A DNA stretch of 64,000 nt, taken from NCBI GenBank assembly GCA_040755455.1, contig JBFMAY010000002.1, positions 64,001 through 128,000 of the forward strand. Reading direction: 5' to 3'. The first letter of the stretch is position 1; each line of letters starts with the position of its first letter. The DNA comes from Thermodesulfobacteriota bacterium (GTDB taxonomy: Bacteria; Desulfobacterota; Desulfobulbia; Desulfobulbales; SURF-16). Below the pieces are notes generated by a model. It was not told the DNA's origin, did no database searches, and saw nothing but the letters and a program-made list of their open reading frames with translations. This document shows, piece by piece, positions 26,418 through 36,102 of this stretch. The translations under genes were made by a program, and so were the position numbers.

Positions 26418-27749
26418 ATGGGCAACTTCTCGAGAAATACATTTGACCGGTTAAAACACTATGTCGGTGTCCGCCTGCAGCAGGGTGTGCCACTCATAGA
26501 TGCGGACTGGAACGAACAGGAGGATATCCGCAAGTATGAACTGCAGGCCTTTCTGAAATGGTTTGCCGGCAACGGCGTGCCAAGCGGCAACGACGGCTTC
26601 CGCATTCTGGCCGCGGCGGGCACGACCAACAACTTCGATATCCAGGGCGGCAACGGCACGGCCCTGGGCGCGGGCCGCATCCTGGTGGAAGGCATGGACG
26701 CCATGCTGGAAAGCACCATGCGCTACAGCAGCCAGCCACTGTACAACAATCCCATCCTGGCCGCCCGCTGGGGGGTGGCGGTCATCCCCCCGCTCACCAC
26801 GCCCATCGCCGCCAGAGAGGATCTGGTCTATATCGATGTGTGGGAGCGCGAGGTGGACAGCAGCGAGGACGGCAATCTGATCAACCCGGCCATCGGCATC
26901 GAGTCCTGCGTGCGCCTCAGGCGCGAATGGGCGGTGCGCGTGGCCCAGGGCGCCGTCTCCCTGCCCGCTCCTCCGGCCGGCCATGGTTATTACACCCTGG
27001 CCCGCATCAAACGGGCGGCCGGCAATACCACCATCCTGGCCGCGCAGATCGAGGACCTGCGCACGGTGGGCATCAATCTCTCCGACCTGGCGGCGGAGAT
27101 CATCGACGCCAGGGGCATGAAGGGCAATGTGGGCAACCGGCTGGACGAATCGCTGACCAAGGGCGGCCAGCTGCGGTTCAATGTGGTGGGCAATGACCAG
27201 GTGAAGGCCGATGCCGCCATCAACGAGTCAAAGATCCTCTTTGCCGCCACCGGCCATGACCACAGCGGCGGGGCCGGTGGCAACATGATCGGCACAAGCG
27301 GCCTGGAAAACAATGCCGTGACCAACGCCAAGCTGGCCGATCTTTCGGTGACCAACGCCAAACTGGTCAATACCTGCGTCACTACCGCAAAAATTTATGA
27401 CGATTCGGTGACCACGGCCAAGATCGCTGACGATACCGTCACCCGCGCCAAACTTGATCTCACGGTAGTGAACAGCGGCAGTGTAGTCGATCTCGCGCCC
27501 GGCACCTATGTCACCCAGTTGGTACAGACCAACGTCAGCTGGGCCGACGGATTAAAGAGGATCTATATGCCGGCGGTCGCCATTACCAGCGTTACCGGCA
27601 GCGGCATGGCCGATATCCGCCATGAATTTGTCTACCGGGCGTGGTCGGGCAGTGACACGTACGATGTCTATATCCGGATCAGCAATGAATCCGGCGGCAG
27701 TGAACTGGTGGATCTTTACTGGTATGTTTACATCTTTGCGGAGAATTGA
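26418..27749 (+). CDS. DUF6519-domain tail-fibre-like protein
   Basis: MGNFSR.TFD..KHY..V.LQQG..L.DADWNEQ, LVY.DVWEREV...ED..L; 10-aa repeats VTNAKLADLS/VTTAKIYDDS/VTTAKIADDT; beta-rich C-terminal head. Confidence 0.85.
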   Translation: MGNFSRNTFDRLKHYVGVRLQQGVPLIDADWNEQEDIRKYELQAFLKWFAGNGVPSGNDGFRILAAAGTTNNFDIQGGNGTALGAGRILVEGMDAMLESTMRYSSQPLYNNPILAARWGVAVIPPLTTPIAAREDLVYIDVWEREVDSSEDGNLINPAIGIESCVRLRREWAVRVAQGAVSLPAPPAGHGYYTLARIKRAAGNTTILAAQIEDLRTVGINLSDLAAEIIDARGMKGNVGNRLDESLTKGGQLRFNVVGNDQVKADAAINESKILFAATGHDHSGGAGGNMIGTSGLENNAVTNAKLADLSVTNAKLVNTCVTTAKIYDDSVTTAKIADDTVTRAKLDLTVVNSGSVVDLAPGTYVTQLVQTNVSWADGLKRIYMPAVAITSVTGSGMADIRHEFVYRAWSGSDTYDVYIRISNESGGSELVDLYWYVYIFAEN

Positions 27750-27752
27750 GCA

Positions 27753-28157
27753 ATGAGCCACAAAAAAATGATATGGAAGGAATTTCAACGCACCGGCATC
27801 CTTGATTCCCCGGACGAAAAGGTGCAGAGTTTTGTGCAGTATCTGCGAAATTGCCGGGAAAACTGCTGGGAGCAGATCATCCCTGAATTCAAGGAAAAAT
27901 ACTACGACTGCTTCGACACCATTGTCCCGGTGCTGGCCCGCATGAACGATCCCCTGATCCAGCTGGTACTGGCCCGGCATGCCGATGCCAGCAAACCTAA
28001 GGAGCGGGAACTGCTGGTAACCATGGCCAAGGAGGCGGATGCCGAAAAGAACCCGGTGCTGCTGAAACGGATCGCCGCCATGAAAATTACCACGGTCACC
28101 AATGAGTTGAAAAAAAGGACCTTGCCGGAAAATCTAAGAAAATATACGGAAGGCTAA
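27753..28157 (+). CDS. Hypothetical alpha-helical protein
   Basis: 134 aa ORF starting 3 bp after the fibre gene stop. Confidence 0.7.
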   Translation: MSHKKMIWKEFQRTGILDSPDEKVQSFVQYLRNCRENCWEQIIPEFKEKYYDCFDTIVPVLARMNDPLIQLVLARHADASKPKERELLVTMAKEADAEKNPVLLKRIAAMKITTVTNELKKRTLPENLRKYTEG

Positions 28158-28174
28158 TAAGATACGTTGTTTCG

Positions 28175-28823
28175 ACCGGTCTCCGCGTGGGGCGCCGCCG
28201 TGACGGCAGATGCCGATCAATGCGGGAAATGGCGGACCGCCGCACCGCAAGAGTGGTTAGGGAGGGATGGGGTTTGGGGCAGTACATCGCCGTTGTCCCC
28301 GGGTCTCCCGAAGGCGGGAAGCGCTGGCGCTCCACCCGGAGGCCGGTCGGATTGAACTTGGCAGTGTGGGAAAAACAGCAATGAGGTTGTAACTGAGGGA
28401 ATAGATAATCTCTAACCGGTCTCCGCGTGGGGCGCCGCCGTGACGGCAGATGCCGATCAATGCGGGAAATGGCGGACCGCCGCACCGCAAGAGTGGTTAG
28501 GGAGGGATGGGGGTTTGTGGCAGTACATCGCCGTTGTCCCCGGATCTCCCGAAGGCGGGAAGCGCTGGCGCTCCACCCGGAGGCCGGTTAGAGCAAGCAT
28601 AATGATGTAAAAAGAAAAACAAGGCTGCAACTGAGAGGACAAAATTTCGACCGGTCTCCGCGTGGGGCGCCGCCGTGACGGCAGATGCCGATCAATGCGG
28701 GAAATGGCGGACCGCCGCACCGCAAGAGTGGTTAGGGAGGGATGGGGGTTTGTGGCAGTACATCGCCGTTGTCCCCGGATCTCCCGAAGGCGGGAAGCGC
28801 TGGCGCTCCACCCGGAGGCCGGC
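28175..28823. repeat. Array of three near-identical 173-174 bp self-complementary units (28175-28347, 28415-28588, 28650-28823) with divergent ~60-67 bp spacers
   Basis: Direct repeat read from the sequence, periods 240 and 235 bp; unit ends accggtctccgcgtggggcgcc / ggcgctccacccggaggccggt are inverted repeats. Confidence 0.95.
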
Positions 28824-28853
28824 CGGATATCTCTCAGGTTGGCCCATGAGACA

Positions 28854-29807
28854 ATGGCCCACATGATAAAAGGCTTTTATAACGACCTGCTTTTTTACGG
28901 TCACAACAGAGTGCGGCTCGACCGGGGCTGGCGCCCTAATCTCATCGTCGGGGGCTGCAACCGGCTGCTGGCCGCGCTGATGAAAGGCCAGCAGGGGCTT
29001 GGCGGCATCCTGTATCTGGCGGTGGGCGAGGGGTTCAAAGAGTGGGATGCGGCCCTGCCGCAGCCGCAGCCGGCCAGCACCAGGCTCTATAAGGAAATCC
29101 TGCGCCGCCCCATCGCAACCGAGCAGATCATTTTCCTGGACAGCACGGGTCAGCCGGCCGCCACGCCAACCGGCCGCCTGCAGATCAGCATCGAACTGAC
29201 CCGGGAGGATTTCCCGGCCAACGGCTTCCAGCCGGTCAGGGAATTCGGGCTGTTCGGCGGCAATGCCACGGCAGATGCCGACAGCGGTTTCATGATCAAC
29301 CATGTCATGCATCCCCGCATCGACATCACGCAAGGACTGACCCTGTGCCGGGTCCTGCGTCTCGATTTTTCCCAGGGGCCGGCCGTCCAAGAGGAAATCC
29401 GGGGCTTCGGCGCCGGCCTCGCGGCGCGCAGCATTGACGGCGTGGGAGATATCTATGGCCCGGCGCTGGCCACGGCCGGGGTCAACGTGCTGGGCGACTT
29501 CCTGGCCATGAACCCCCTTGCGCCACCGGCCGGCATTCCTGCCGTGAAACTGCGGGAATTCCGCGCCAAGGCCAGGATGGTCATGGCACTCAAGGTAGGC
29601 CTCGCCCCCTTTGCCGCCCTGTCCCATATCAACATCAGCCAACTGCTCAAGGAAAATCCCCAGACCCTGGCCGGCATGGCCAATACCTTTACGGTATCCG
29701 CGGAAATGGTGGCGGATCTGCAGGAGGAACTGATGCCCCTGCAGGTAGCGCTGGATGATGAGCAGTTACAGCAGCTGACCCTGGCCAGTCTGGTGCAGGA
29801 ATCGTAA
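28854..29807 (+). CDS. REFGLFG-family structural protein fused to helix-hairpin-helix (DUF4332-like) domains
   Basis: N-half paralogous to 25758-26285 (NLIVGGCNRLLAALM, LAVGEG...WD, VREFGLFGG); C-half IDGVGDIYGPALATAGV HhH motif; start at ATG 28854 or 28863. Confidence 0.78.
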   Translation: MAHMIKGFYNDLLFYGHNRVRLDRGWRPNLIVGGCNRLLAALMKGQQGLGGILYLAVGEGFKEWDAALPQPQPASTRLYKEILRRPIATEQIIFLDSTGQPAATPTGRLQISIELTREDFPANGFQPVREFGLFGGNATADADSGFMINHVMHPRIDITQGLTLCRVLRLDFSQGPAVQEEIRGFGAGLAARSIDGVGDIYGPALATAGVNVLGDFLAMNPLAPPAGIPAVKLREFRAKARMVMALKVGLAPFAALSHINISQLLKENPQTLAGMANTFTVSAEMVADLQEELMPLQVALDDEQLQQLTLASLVQES

Positions 29808-30155
29808 AAGAGAGGGCGACCGCAAACCAGGCAGGCACTCATGATGGAGCCTCATCCGTTGAAAAAAGCAGCCGCACATTTTGGAGGGAAGGGGTTGGAC
29901 GGCAGGGGCCGTGCTTGAAATATTACTCTGCCCCCCTGTTGCTGCGGGGACAAAGTATCTGATATCGACCGGCCCGTTGCGAGGGATTGCATAACAATTT
30001 ATGCCGGCCCGGCCCGCCCCAGGGGCTGGAATTCGTGATTGCACCCAATGGACAGGGGCTCAGCCACCTCTGCCGCAATTTACTCCGATGCGGTGCAGAA
30101 ACTGTTGCCAGAACAGCAAAAACCTTGGGGAACCGGTCACCGGCAAACCTCAAGA

Positions 30156-30335
30156 CTATAACTGATCAAAATCCTCATCAGCAGGGGGAGGAACATAAGT
30201 CATCAGGCTTTCCGGATAGCCCTCTTCCCCGGCTTGGATATTGTAAAGAACATTATTAAATGCGCATTTTTCATCCTGCCATAAATGGCAACTCGTGCCT
30301 TCGCAGGTTCCGCCGTAATAAGGACACTCTTTCAT
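30156..30335 (-). CDS. Small Cys-rich acidic protein (59 aa)
   Basis: GGAGGT RBS 7 nt before ATG; CPYYGGTCEGTSCHLWQDEKC four-Cys cluster. Confidence 0.65.
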   Translation of the reverse strand: MKECPYYGGTCEGTSCHLWQDEKCAFNNVLYNIQAGEEGYPESLMTYVPPPADEDFDQL

Positions 30336-30947
30336 TTTTATTACCTCCACAAGTGGAACAGCAGCACATCACTTAAAATAAAAACGGCACATCTTTGCGG
30401 TTGTTTGCCCTCATGACCAAGGCTTTTGCCCTGCCACAGAGTTGGGGAAAAAACCATATCTTTTTTACAGGACCTCCAACAACCATTTCGTCATTTTATG
30501 ATGTGACAACTCTGTGCCCCGTCATGTTCCACCTCATCTGATGCAAAATAAATCTGCCCCTTTTTCGGGACGCAAAAAGGACATGTTGGGAGACTAAATA
30601 AACTTTATCAGAGGACGAGAGTTTTATACAAGGGAATTAACATCTGAAAAAAAAAATTACCGGGATCTGCCCGCAATCAGCTCAAGTCGCCCTTGACCGA
30701 GGGCAAAAAACGAATATGGCGGCGCTGGGGCAACAACAAGGGCAGATCAGCAGAGAATGGCAGGCGTTGGGCCCACCCGGCAACCTCTTCGGGAAGCGCC
30801 CAGAAACCACAACGCGGGGGAAGGGGCTCGAGGCAACCGTGGATACCTCTCGGCCATGGAGGATATGAAAAGTCCTGTCGCCTGAGCGGTAATCGTTAGT
30901 AGCCCGCACCCTTTTGCAATAGGACTGCAGGATATAGACATAACCCA

Positions 30948-30983
30948 TAAAAAAAGGTTTGCCCTTTTATCGGCAAACCTTTG
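30948..30983 (-). terminator. Rho-independent terminator after tRNA-Arg
   Basis: Minus strand aaggtttgcc-gataaaag-ggcaaacctt followed by a T run. Confidence 0.75.
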
Positions 30984-30992
30984 TCATTACTA

Positions 30993-31069
30993 TGGTGGGC
31001 GAGACGGGATTCGAACCCACGACCTTTGGCTTCGGAGGCCAACGCTCTATCCAGCTGAGCTACCCGCCC
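30993..31069 (-). tRNA. tRNA-Arg (CCG)
   Basis: GGGCGGGTAGCTCAGCTGGATAGAGCGTTGGCCT-CCG-AAGCCAAAGGTCGTGGGTTCGAATCCCGTCTCGCCCACCA; full cloverleaf, encoded CCA, 77 nt. Confidence 0.97.
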
Positions 31070-31694
31070 ACAGATCATATTTGCATCCATTTACCATGAA
31101 TCAACCTGACCGTAAAGATTTTTGTCCGCGCAGCCGGCGTCCCATATCGAAAAGTTCCTTGCCTGTATTTATTTGCATTGTTCCTGCCAGCTGAACTGTC
31201 CGATTTCTCTGAGGCGTTCCAGGTTCCACTCCTGCCAAGACAGAAACAACATCTGCTTGTCAGCCAAATACAATCAAATAGGAAACCAAAATATCCCATT
31301 TTGGGAATAACCCAGCAATTTTTAATAACAAATAAGATAATTTTTTAAAAAATTACCCTTGACTTTTAAATGCCACATTGTATTACATGAAGTGCTTATC
31401 CCCATCATTACGGCAGAGTACCTGACGGGTCACGGACCAGCTGGCGGTCGGCAGATCAACCTGTTACCCTAACTAACCTATTGAAATCCCGGCCAGTCTC
31501 CGCAGTCCTGAGACCGGGCGAAAATTGCAGAATAAAAAACCAGGGAAAAACAATTCGTTACATAGACCAAATCTCTTGACAGCATGATTTCCCATCGGCT
31601 ACGTTAACCGTTAATAGCAGCCTTGGCAGGAGTTTTTCCATCCCAGGGAGAATACCCCCAGGAATTGCATCACCAAAAGATTTCTCAACAACGC

Positions 31695-34664
31695 ATGCAC
31701 CCTTTTGCATCCTTGAAAATGACCGTTAAAACAAAGGCGATCCTGCTCGTCACTTCGCTCATCACCGCACTTTCGCTCTTTTACTCCCTCCACCAGGTTT
31801 CAACATACAACAAACAGATATCTGCTTATCTTATTGAGGAGAAGAAGGATTTTCAGCACGTCTTCACCTCCACCCAGAATTTTTATTTTTCCGTTTACAA
31901 CAACTGGCTCAGCAACTTTATCGCGAGCAACCCGGAAAATATCAAGGCATTTGCCGAACGGGACAGGGAGAAACTTTACCGGCTTACCCGGCCCATGTAT
32001 GATGCCCTGAAAAAATCCTACCCGTATATCTATGTCATGCATTTCCATCTGCCCGACGGCGGTTCATTTCTGCGTATGCATAAGCCGGACTTCTATGGCG
32101 ATGACCTCCGGCAAATACGATCCGCCGTGCAGGAAGTGCACCATAACCTCAAGCCTCTTTTTGGTTATGAAATCGGCATATACGGCGCATTTTACCGCAT
32201 CATCCACCCGGTTTTTCATGAGGGCCGGTATGTGGGGGCAGTGGAGATCGGCATCCGAACCGACGAGATCGTCGATGAACTGCGCCGCGCCACCGCTAAA
32301 GAGACATCAGCCTTTTTCTCCAACTCCTTCTGGGAGAAGGCATCCGGGAACCCGCAACACCATAAGGTTTTCGGGTCACATACCCTGGTGGAAGACAAGC
32401 CGCTTATTGCGGAAATTCTCCCCGCCGACTTCACATTCGACAACGCCACGGAACAGATCGCCCACGATGGGCGCACTTACCTGATCCATATCCTGCAAGG
32501 ATTTAAAAACTGCTTCCAGGAACCCATCGGCGGCATCATCGCCGTGCAGGACATCTCCCCGGAGATCGCGGAGAAAAAACACTTCATCATCCATTCTCTG
32601 CTGATCACTGCAGGTCTGGGCGCCCTGTGCATCCTGTTTCTCTCCTTCAGTTTCCAGAACCTGATCGGCAATCTTGAAAAATCAAAAGAACTGCAGGGTA
32701 TGCTGATTAACGAACTCAACAGGGAAATCGAGGTCAGGACAGAGACGGAAAAGGCCCTGACCATGAACGAAATAAGGCATCGCCACATCCTGAACAGCTT
32801 ACCGGACAACATCTTCCTGATTGATCCGCATTTTGTCATCACCTGGGCCAATGAAACAGCTTTAAAGCTTGCCCCTGATTTTATCGGCAAAACCTGCGAC
32901 TATTGCCGCCAAGCCGGAGATTTTCTCCGGGAGAACTGCCTGTGCAAACAATCCTTTGCCACCAAATCCATCCAGCGGGCCACCATTCACCTCCCTGCCA
33001 CGGATGAAGGCCGCCCCGAAGGCTATTATGAATTCATGGCCATTCCCCAGTTCCAGGACCAGGAACAGCTGACCGGATCACTGGTGGTCATGCGGGACAT
33101 CACCCAGCGGATCAAGACCGACCAGCAGATCGAAAAACTGAACCGCCAGAACCGGCTGCTGCTGGAATCCGCCGGCGAGGGGATTTACGGTGTCGACACC
33201 AAAGGACGAACCACCTTCATGAACCCGGCCGCAGTCAGGCTGACCGGCTTTACCGAGGCGGAAATGCTGGGCCAGAATCAGCATGAGCTGCTCCATCATA
33301 CAAAAGCTGACGGCAGCTGTTACGATGTCTGTGACTGTCCCGTCCATGCCACTCTTGCCACCAGCCAACCCCATTTTGTCACCGATGAGGTTTTCTGGAA
33401 AAAGGACGGCAGCAGCTTTCCGGTTGAATATATCGTCACGCCTGTCCTGGAGGACAACGCGGTCATCGGCGCGGTGGTGCTGTTCAATGATATCACCGCC
33501 CGAAAAACGCTGGAAAAACAGCTCCTGCATGCCCAGAAGATGGAGGCGGTCGGCCGTCTCACCAGCGGCATCGCCCATGATTTCAACAATCTTCTCACCA
33601 CTATTTTAGGTTACAGCGAACTGATCCTCCTGCAACTGAGCGAAGACGATCCGGCCCGGGACAAGATACAGATGATCAACCAGGCAGGCAGGATGGCCTC
33701 CGGGCTCACCCGCCAACTCCTCACCTTCAGCCGCAAACAGATTTTGGAGATCAAGACCATCAATCTCAACTCGGTCATCGACCGACTGACCAAGATGCTC
33801 AAAAGACTGATCGGCGAAAATATTACCCTTGATATCAAGTACCAATCGCCCGAATGCTTTATCCAGGCTGATGCGGGCCAGTGTGAACAGATTATCATGA
33901 ACCTGGCCATTAATGCCAAGGACGCCATGCCCCGGGGAGGCCGGCTGGGCATCAGTTCCGAGGTGGTTCATCTAGATACGGAAAAACACACCGGATTCGA
34001 CGATGTATTGTCAGGCTCCTATGTGCTGCTGCAGATAAGCGACACGGGTGAGGGCATGACCGAGGAAACGCAGAAGTTGATTTTCGAACCGTTTTTCACC
34101 ACCAAGGAACAGGGCAAGGGAACCGGCCTCGGCTTGGCCACCGTTTACGGCATCATCAAACAGCACAACGGATTTATTTCGGTGACCAGCGCACCGGGAC
34201 AGGGCACCACCTTTGACATTTACTTTCCCCTGTCACATGCCAAGCCGGACCTGGAGACTATCATGGCCGGCGATATGCTGCCCAGGGGAAACGAAACAAT
34301 CCTGGTGGTTGACGATACCCCGTCCATACGGCAATTCATCAGGGACGCCCTCGATCCGCTGGGATACAAGATCCTTGAAGCCCACAACGCCGAAGAGGCC
34401 CTCCGGTATCATGATGTCGGCGGCAAAACCATCGACCTGCTGCTGACCGATATGGTCATGCCGGGCCTGAGCGGCAAGGAACTGGCCCAGGCCATCCAAC
34501 CCTCCCAAAGGGCCATGAGAATTATATACATGTCAGGTCACATCAGTTCCGACCTGGGCGAGAATCAGATTGCCAGCGCCGGCATGAATTTCATCACCAA
34601 ACCTCTTTCAGCGCGGGAAATTGCCCTAAAGGTCAGAAACGTTCTCGACAGCCACCCTGCATAA
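31695..34664 (+). CDS. Hybrid sensor histidine kinase/response regulator (TM-Cache-TM-PAS-PAS-HisKA-HATPase-REC)
   Basis: [15 protein letters not shown] Cache motif, two hydrophobic helices, [11 protein letters not shown]-box, [26 protein letters not shown]; start uncertain (31623/31695/31719). Confidence 0.93.
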   Translation: MHPFASLKMTVKTKAILLVTSLITALSLFYSLHQVSTYNKQISAYLIEEKKDFQHVFTSTQNFYFSVYNNWLSNFIASNPENIKAFAERDREKLYRLTRPMYDALKKSYPYIYVMHFHLPDGGSFLRMHKPDFYGDDLRQIRSAVQEVHHNLKPLFGYEIGIYGAFYRIIHPVFHEGRYVGAVEIGIRTDEIVDELRRATAKETSAFFSNSFWEKASGNPQHHKVFGSHTLVEDKPLIAEILPADFTFDNATEQIAHDGRTYLIHILQGFKNCFQEPIGGIIAVQDISPEIAEKKHFIIHSLLITAGLGALCILFLSFSFQNLIGNLEKSKELQGMLINELNREIEVRTETEKALTMNEIRHRHILNSLPDNIFLIDPHFVITWANETALKLAPDFIGKTCDYCRQAGDFLRENCLCKQSFATKSIQRATIHLPATDEGRPEGYYEFMAIPQFQDQEQLTGSLVVMRDITQRIKTDQQIEKLNRQNRLLLESAGEGIYGVDTKGRTTFMNPAAVRLTGFTEAEMLGQNQHELLHHTKADGSCYDVCDCPVHATLATSQPHFVTDEVFWKKDGSSFPVEYIVTPVLEDNAVIGAVVLFNDITARKTLEKQLLHAQKMEAVGRLTSGIAHDFNNLLTTILGYSELILLQLSEDDPARDKIQMINQAGRMASGLTRQLLTFSRKQILEIKTINLNSVIDRLTKMLKRLIGENITLDIKYQSPECFIQADAGQCEQIIMNLAINAKDAMPRGGRLGISSEVVHLDTEKHTGFDDVLSGSYVLLQISDTGEGMTEETQKLIFEPFFTTKEQGKGTGLGLATVYGIIKQHNGFISVTSAPGQGTTFDIYFPLSHAKPDLETIMAGDMLPRGNETILVVDDTPSIRQFIRDALDPLGYKILEAHNAEEALRYHDVGGKTIDLLLTDMVMPGLSGKELAQAIQPSQRAMRIIYMSGHISSDLGENQIASAGMNFITKPLSAREIALKVRNVLDSHPA

Positions 34665-34721
34665 CGGCGCAATTTTTTTAGGCAAAATGGCCGGGGAACC
34701 TTCGGTCAAGCCACTGCCCTG

Positions 34722-35768
34722 TCACCACGGAGAATCTTCATCCAGATTCCCTCTGCTGGCGACTTTACCTTCAGGATAGCTGAAAACAAGGTGCTGCCGG
34801 CCCTTCTTCATGCGCAGCCCCCGGGAGAAATGCAGCCTTGCCCCGGTTTCCCCATGGGCCGCGACATGCAGAATCTGCTCAATTTTTTTAAATTGCGGCG
34901 CGCTCTGCAGCAAAATAAAAACCTTTTCCGCCATCCGCCTCTGCAGGGCCCGGTCCAGGGCAAGAAACGCAGCCAGCTCAACAGAGACAACAGGCAGCCT
35001 GTTGCCGGCATTGCCGGGCAACACCACGGCCATCTGTTCCCAGGAGGCGTCGGTCAACGCCGCCAGGACCTTCTCCTCATCCTGGAGCACCGCCGCCGTC
35101 TGCCGCAGGGTCTCGGAGATGTTAGGGTTAAAGCCACGCAGGTAGGGGATGAGATCGAGCCGTACCCGGTTACGCAGATATTGCCGCTCAAGATTTGAGC
35201 TGTCGGTGAGAAAGGGGATATGCCTTTCAGCAAGATAGGCCAGCAGCAGTTCTTTGGCCGTGGTCAGCAAAGGACGGATGATCTTGCCGTCGCGCATCAT
35301 TTTCATGCCGGCCAGCCCGCTTCGGCCCGTACCCCGGATAAGCCGCAGCAGCACCTCTTCGGCCTGATCATCCGCCGTGTGGGCCACCGCGATTTTCCCA
35401 GCCAAAAATTTTTCCGCCACCCGCCCGAAAAAATCATACCGCAGCTCCCGGGCGGCATGCTCAATGGAAATCTTCCTTTTTACCGCCTCTCCTTGCACGT
35501 CTATGCGGCAGGCGGCAAAAGACGCGCCCAGAGAAAGGGCCTGCTGCTCAACCAAACAGCCTTCCTTTTCCGCCTCAGCCGGCCGCAGCTGGTGATTGAC
35601 GTACACGGCTATGATCCTGATGCCGAGGGTGGGCGCCAGGGCGGCAAGCACATGGAGCAGGGCCATGGAGTCAGGCCCGCCGGAAACCCCGGCAACTACC
35701 ACCTCTCCTGCGGCGACAAGGCCCTCGGTCCTGACGACCGTCAGTATTTCTTTTTCCAAAGGATGCAT
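34722..35768 (-). CDS. tilS: tRNA(Ile)-lysidine synthetase
   Basis: SGGPDSMALL PP-loop, AHTADDQAE, RGTG..GL.GM, IRPLL, DSSN....YLRNRVR. Confidence 0.95.
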   Translation of the reverse strand: MHPLEKEILTVVRTEGLVAAGEVVVAGVSGGPDSMALLHVLAALAPTLGIRIIAVYVNHQLRPAEAEKEGCLVEQQALSLGASFAACRIDVQGEAVKRKISIEHAARELRYDFFGRVAEKFLAGKIAVAHTADDQAEEVLLRLIRGTGRSGLAGMKMMRDGKIIRPLLTTAKELLLAYLAERHIPFLTDSSNLERQYLRNRVRLDLIPYLRGFNPNISETLRQTAAVLQDEEKVLAALTDASWEQMAVVLPGNAGNRLPVVSVELAAFLALDRALQRRMAEKVFILLQSAPQFKKIEQILHVAAHGETGARLHFSRGLRMKKGRQHLVFSYPEGKVASRGNLDEDSPW

Positions 35769-36102
35769 GGTTATAATTGACAATTCTTCATTGATAATTG
35801 ATAATTACACGATAAACTTTTTACTGTGTTGAGTTTTGGCCTCAGAGTTTCGAGTTGACTAAAGCGCTTTCTTCACGGTTTTCAGATCCAGGCTGTTCCG
35901 TACGGAAAAATGTCACGCAAACCGCTTCACCATGATGCGGCGGAATCGCAATGCAGCAGAAACAACGGATCAGCACACTTTACCTCACGAGATTACATGA
36001 GGTTAACAGCGCCGGCAATCATAACTCCATACTCGAAATCCAGAACTCCACCCGCCGATTTTCCAACTATACCATGCAAAGCAAACCAAAAGAGATAATA
36101 AT

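Noticed and set aside
28410..28593. Integron attC sites (copy 2 is bounded by ctctAAC ... GTTagag)
   Set aside because: Copies 1 and 3 lack AAC/GTT, the stem has no extrahelical bases or unpaired central spacer, there are no cassette ORFs, and no integron integrase is present
28175..28823. CRISPR array
   Set aside because: Repeats (173-174 bp) are far longer than CRISPR repeats and longer than the spacers, the spacers share motifs, and no cas genes are present
28662..28853. N-terminal extension of the last eCIS ORF and other short ORFs through the repeats
   Set aside because: They run through GC-rich repeat sequence, a 1-bp indel changes frame between copies, and similarity to the paralogue begins only at about 28854
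8200..29807. Prophage, R-type tailocin or T6SS
   Set aside because: No head, packaging, replication or lysis genes and no TssJLM, TssK or ClpV; DUF4255 plus an Afp15-like ATPase indicate eCIS
30541..30600. c-di-GMP-I riboswitch (gggacgcaaa seen)
   Set aside because: The GAAA-tetraloop P2 stem and the P3 stem are absent; the segment folds more simply as a ccttttt/aaaaagg hairpin
30896..31090. 64-aa ORF on the minus strand
   Set aside because: It overlaps the tRNA-Arg gene and its terminator; spurious
31390..31520. Possible sRNA or leader upstream of the histidine kinase
   Set aside because: Only a weak promoter-like match and one modest hairpin; no family motif recognised
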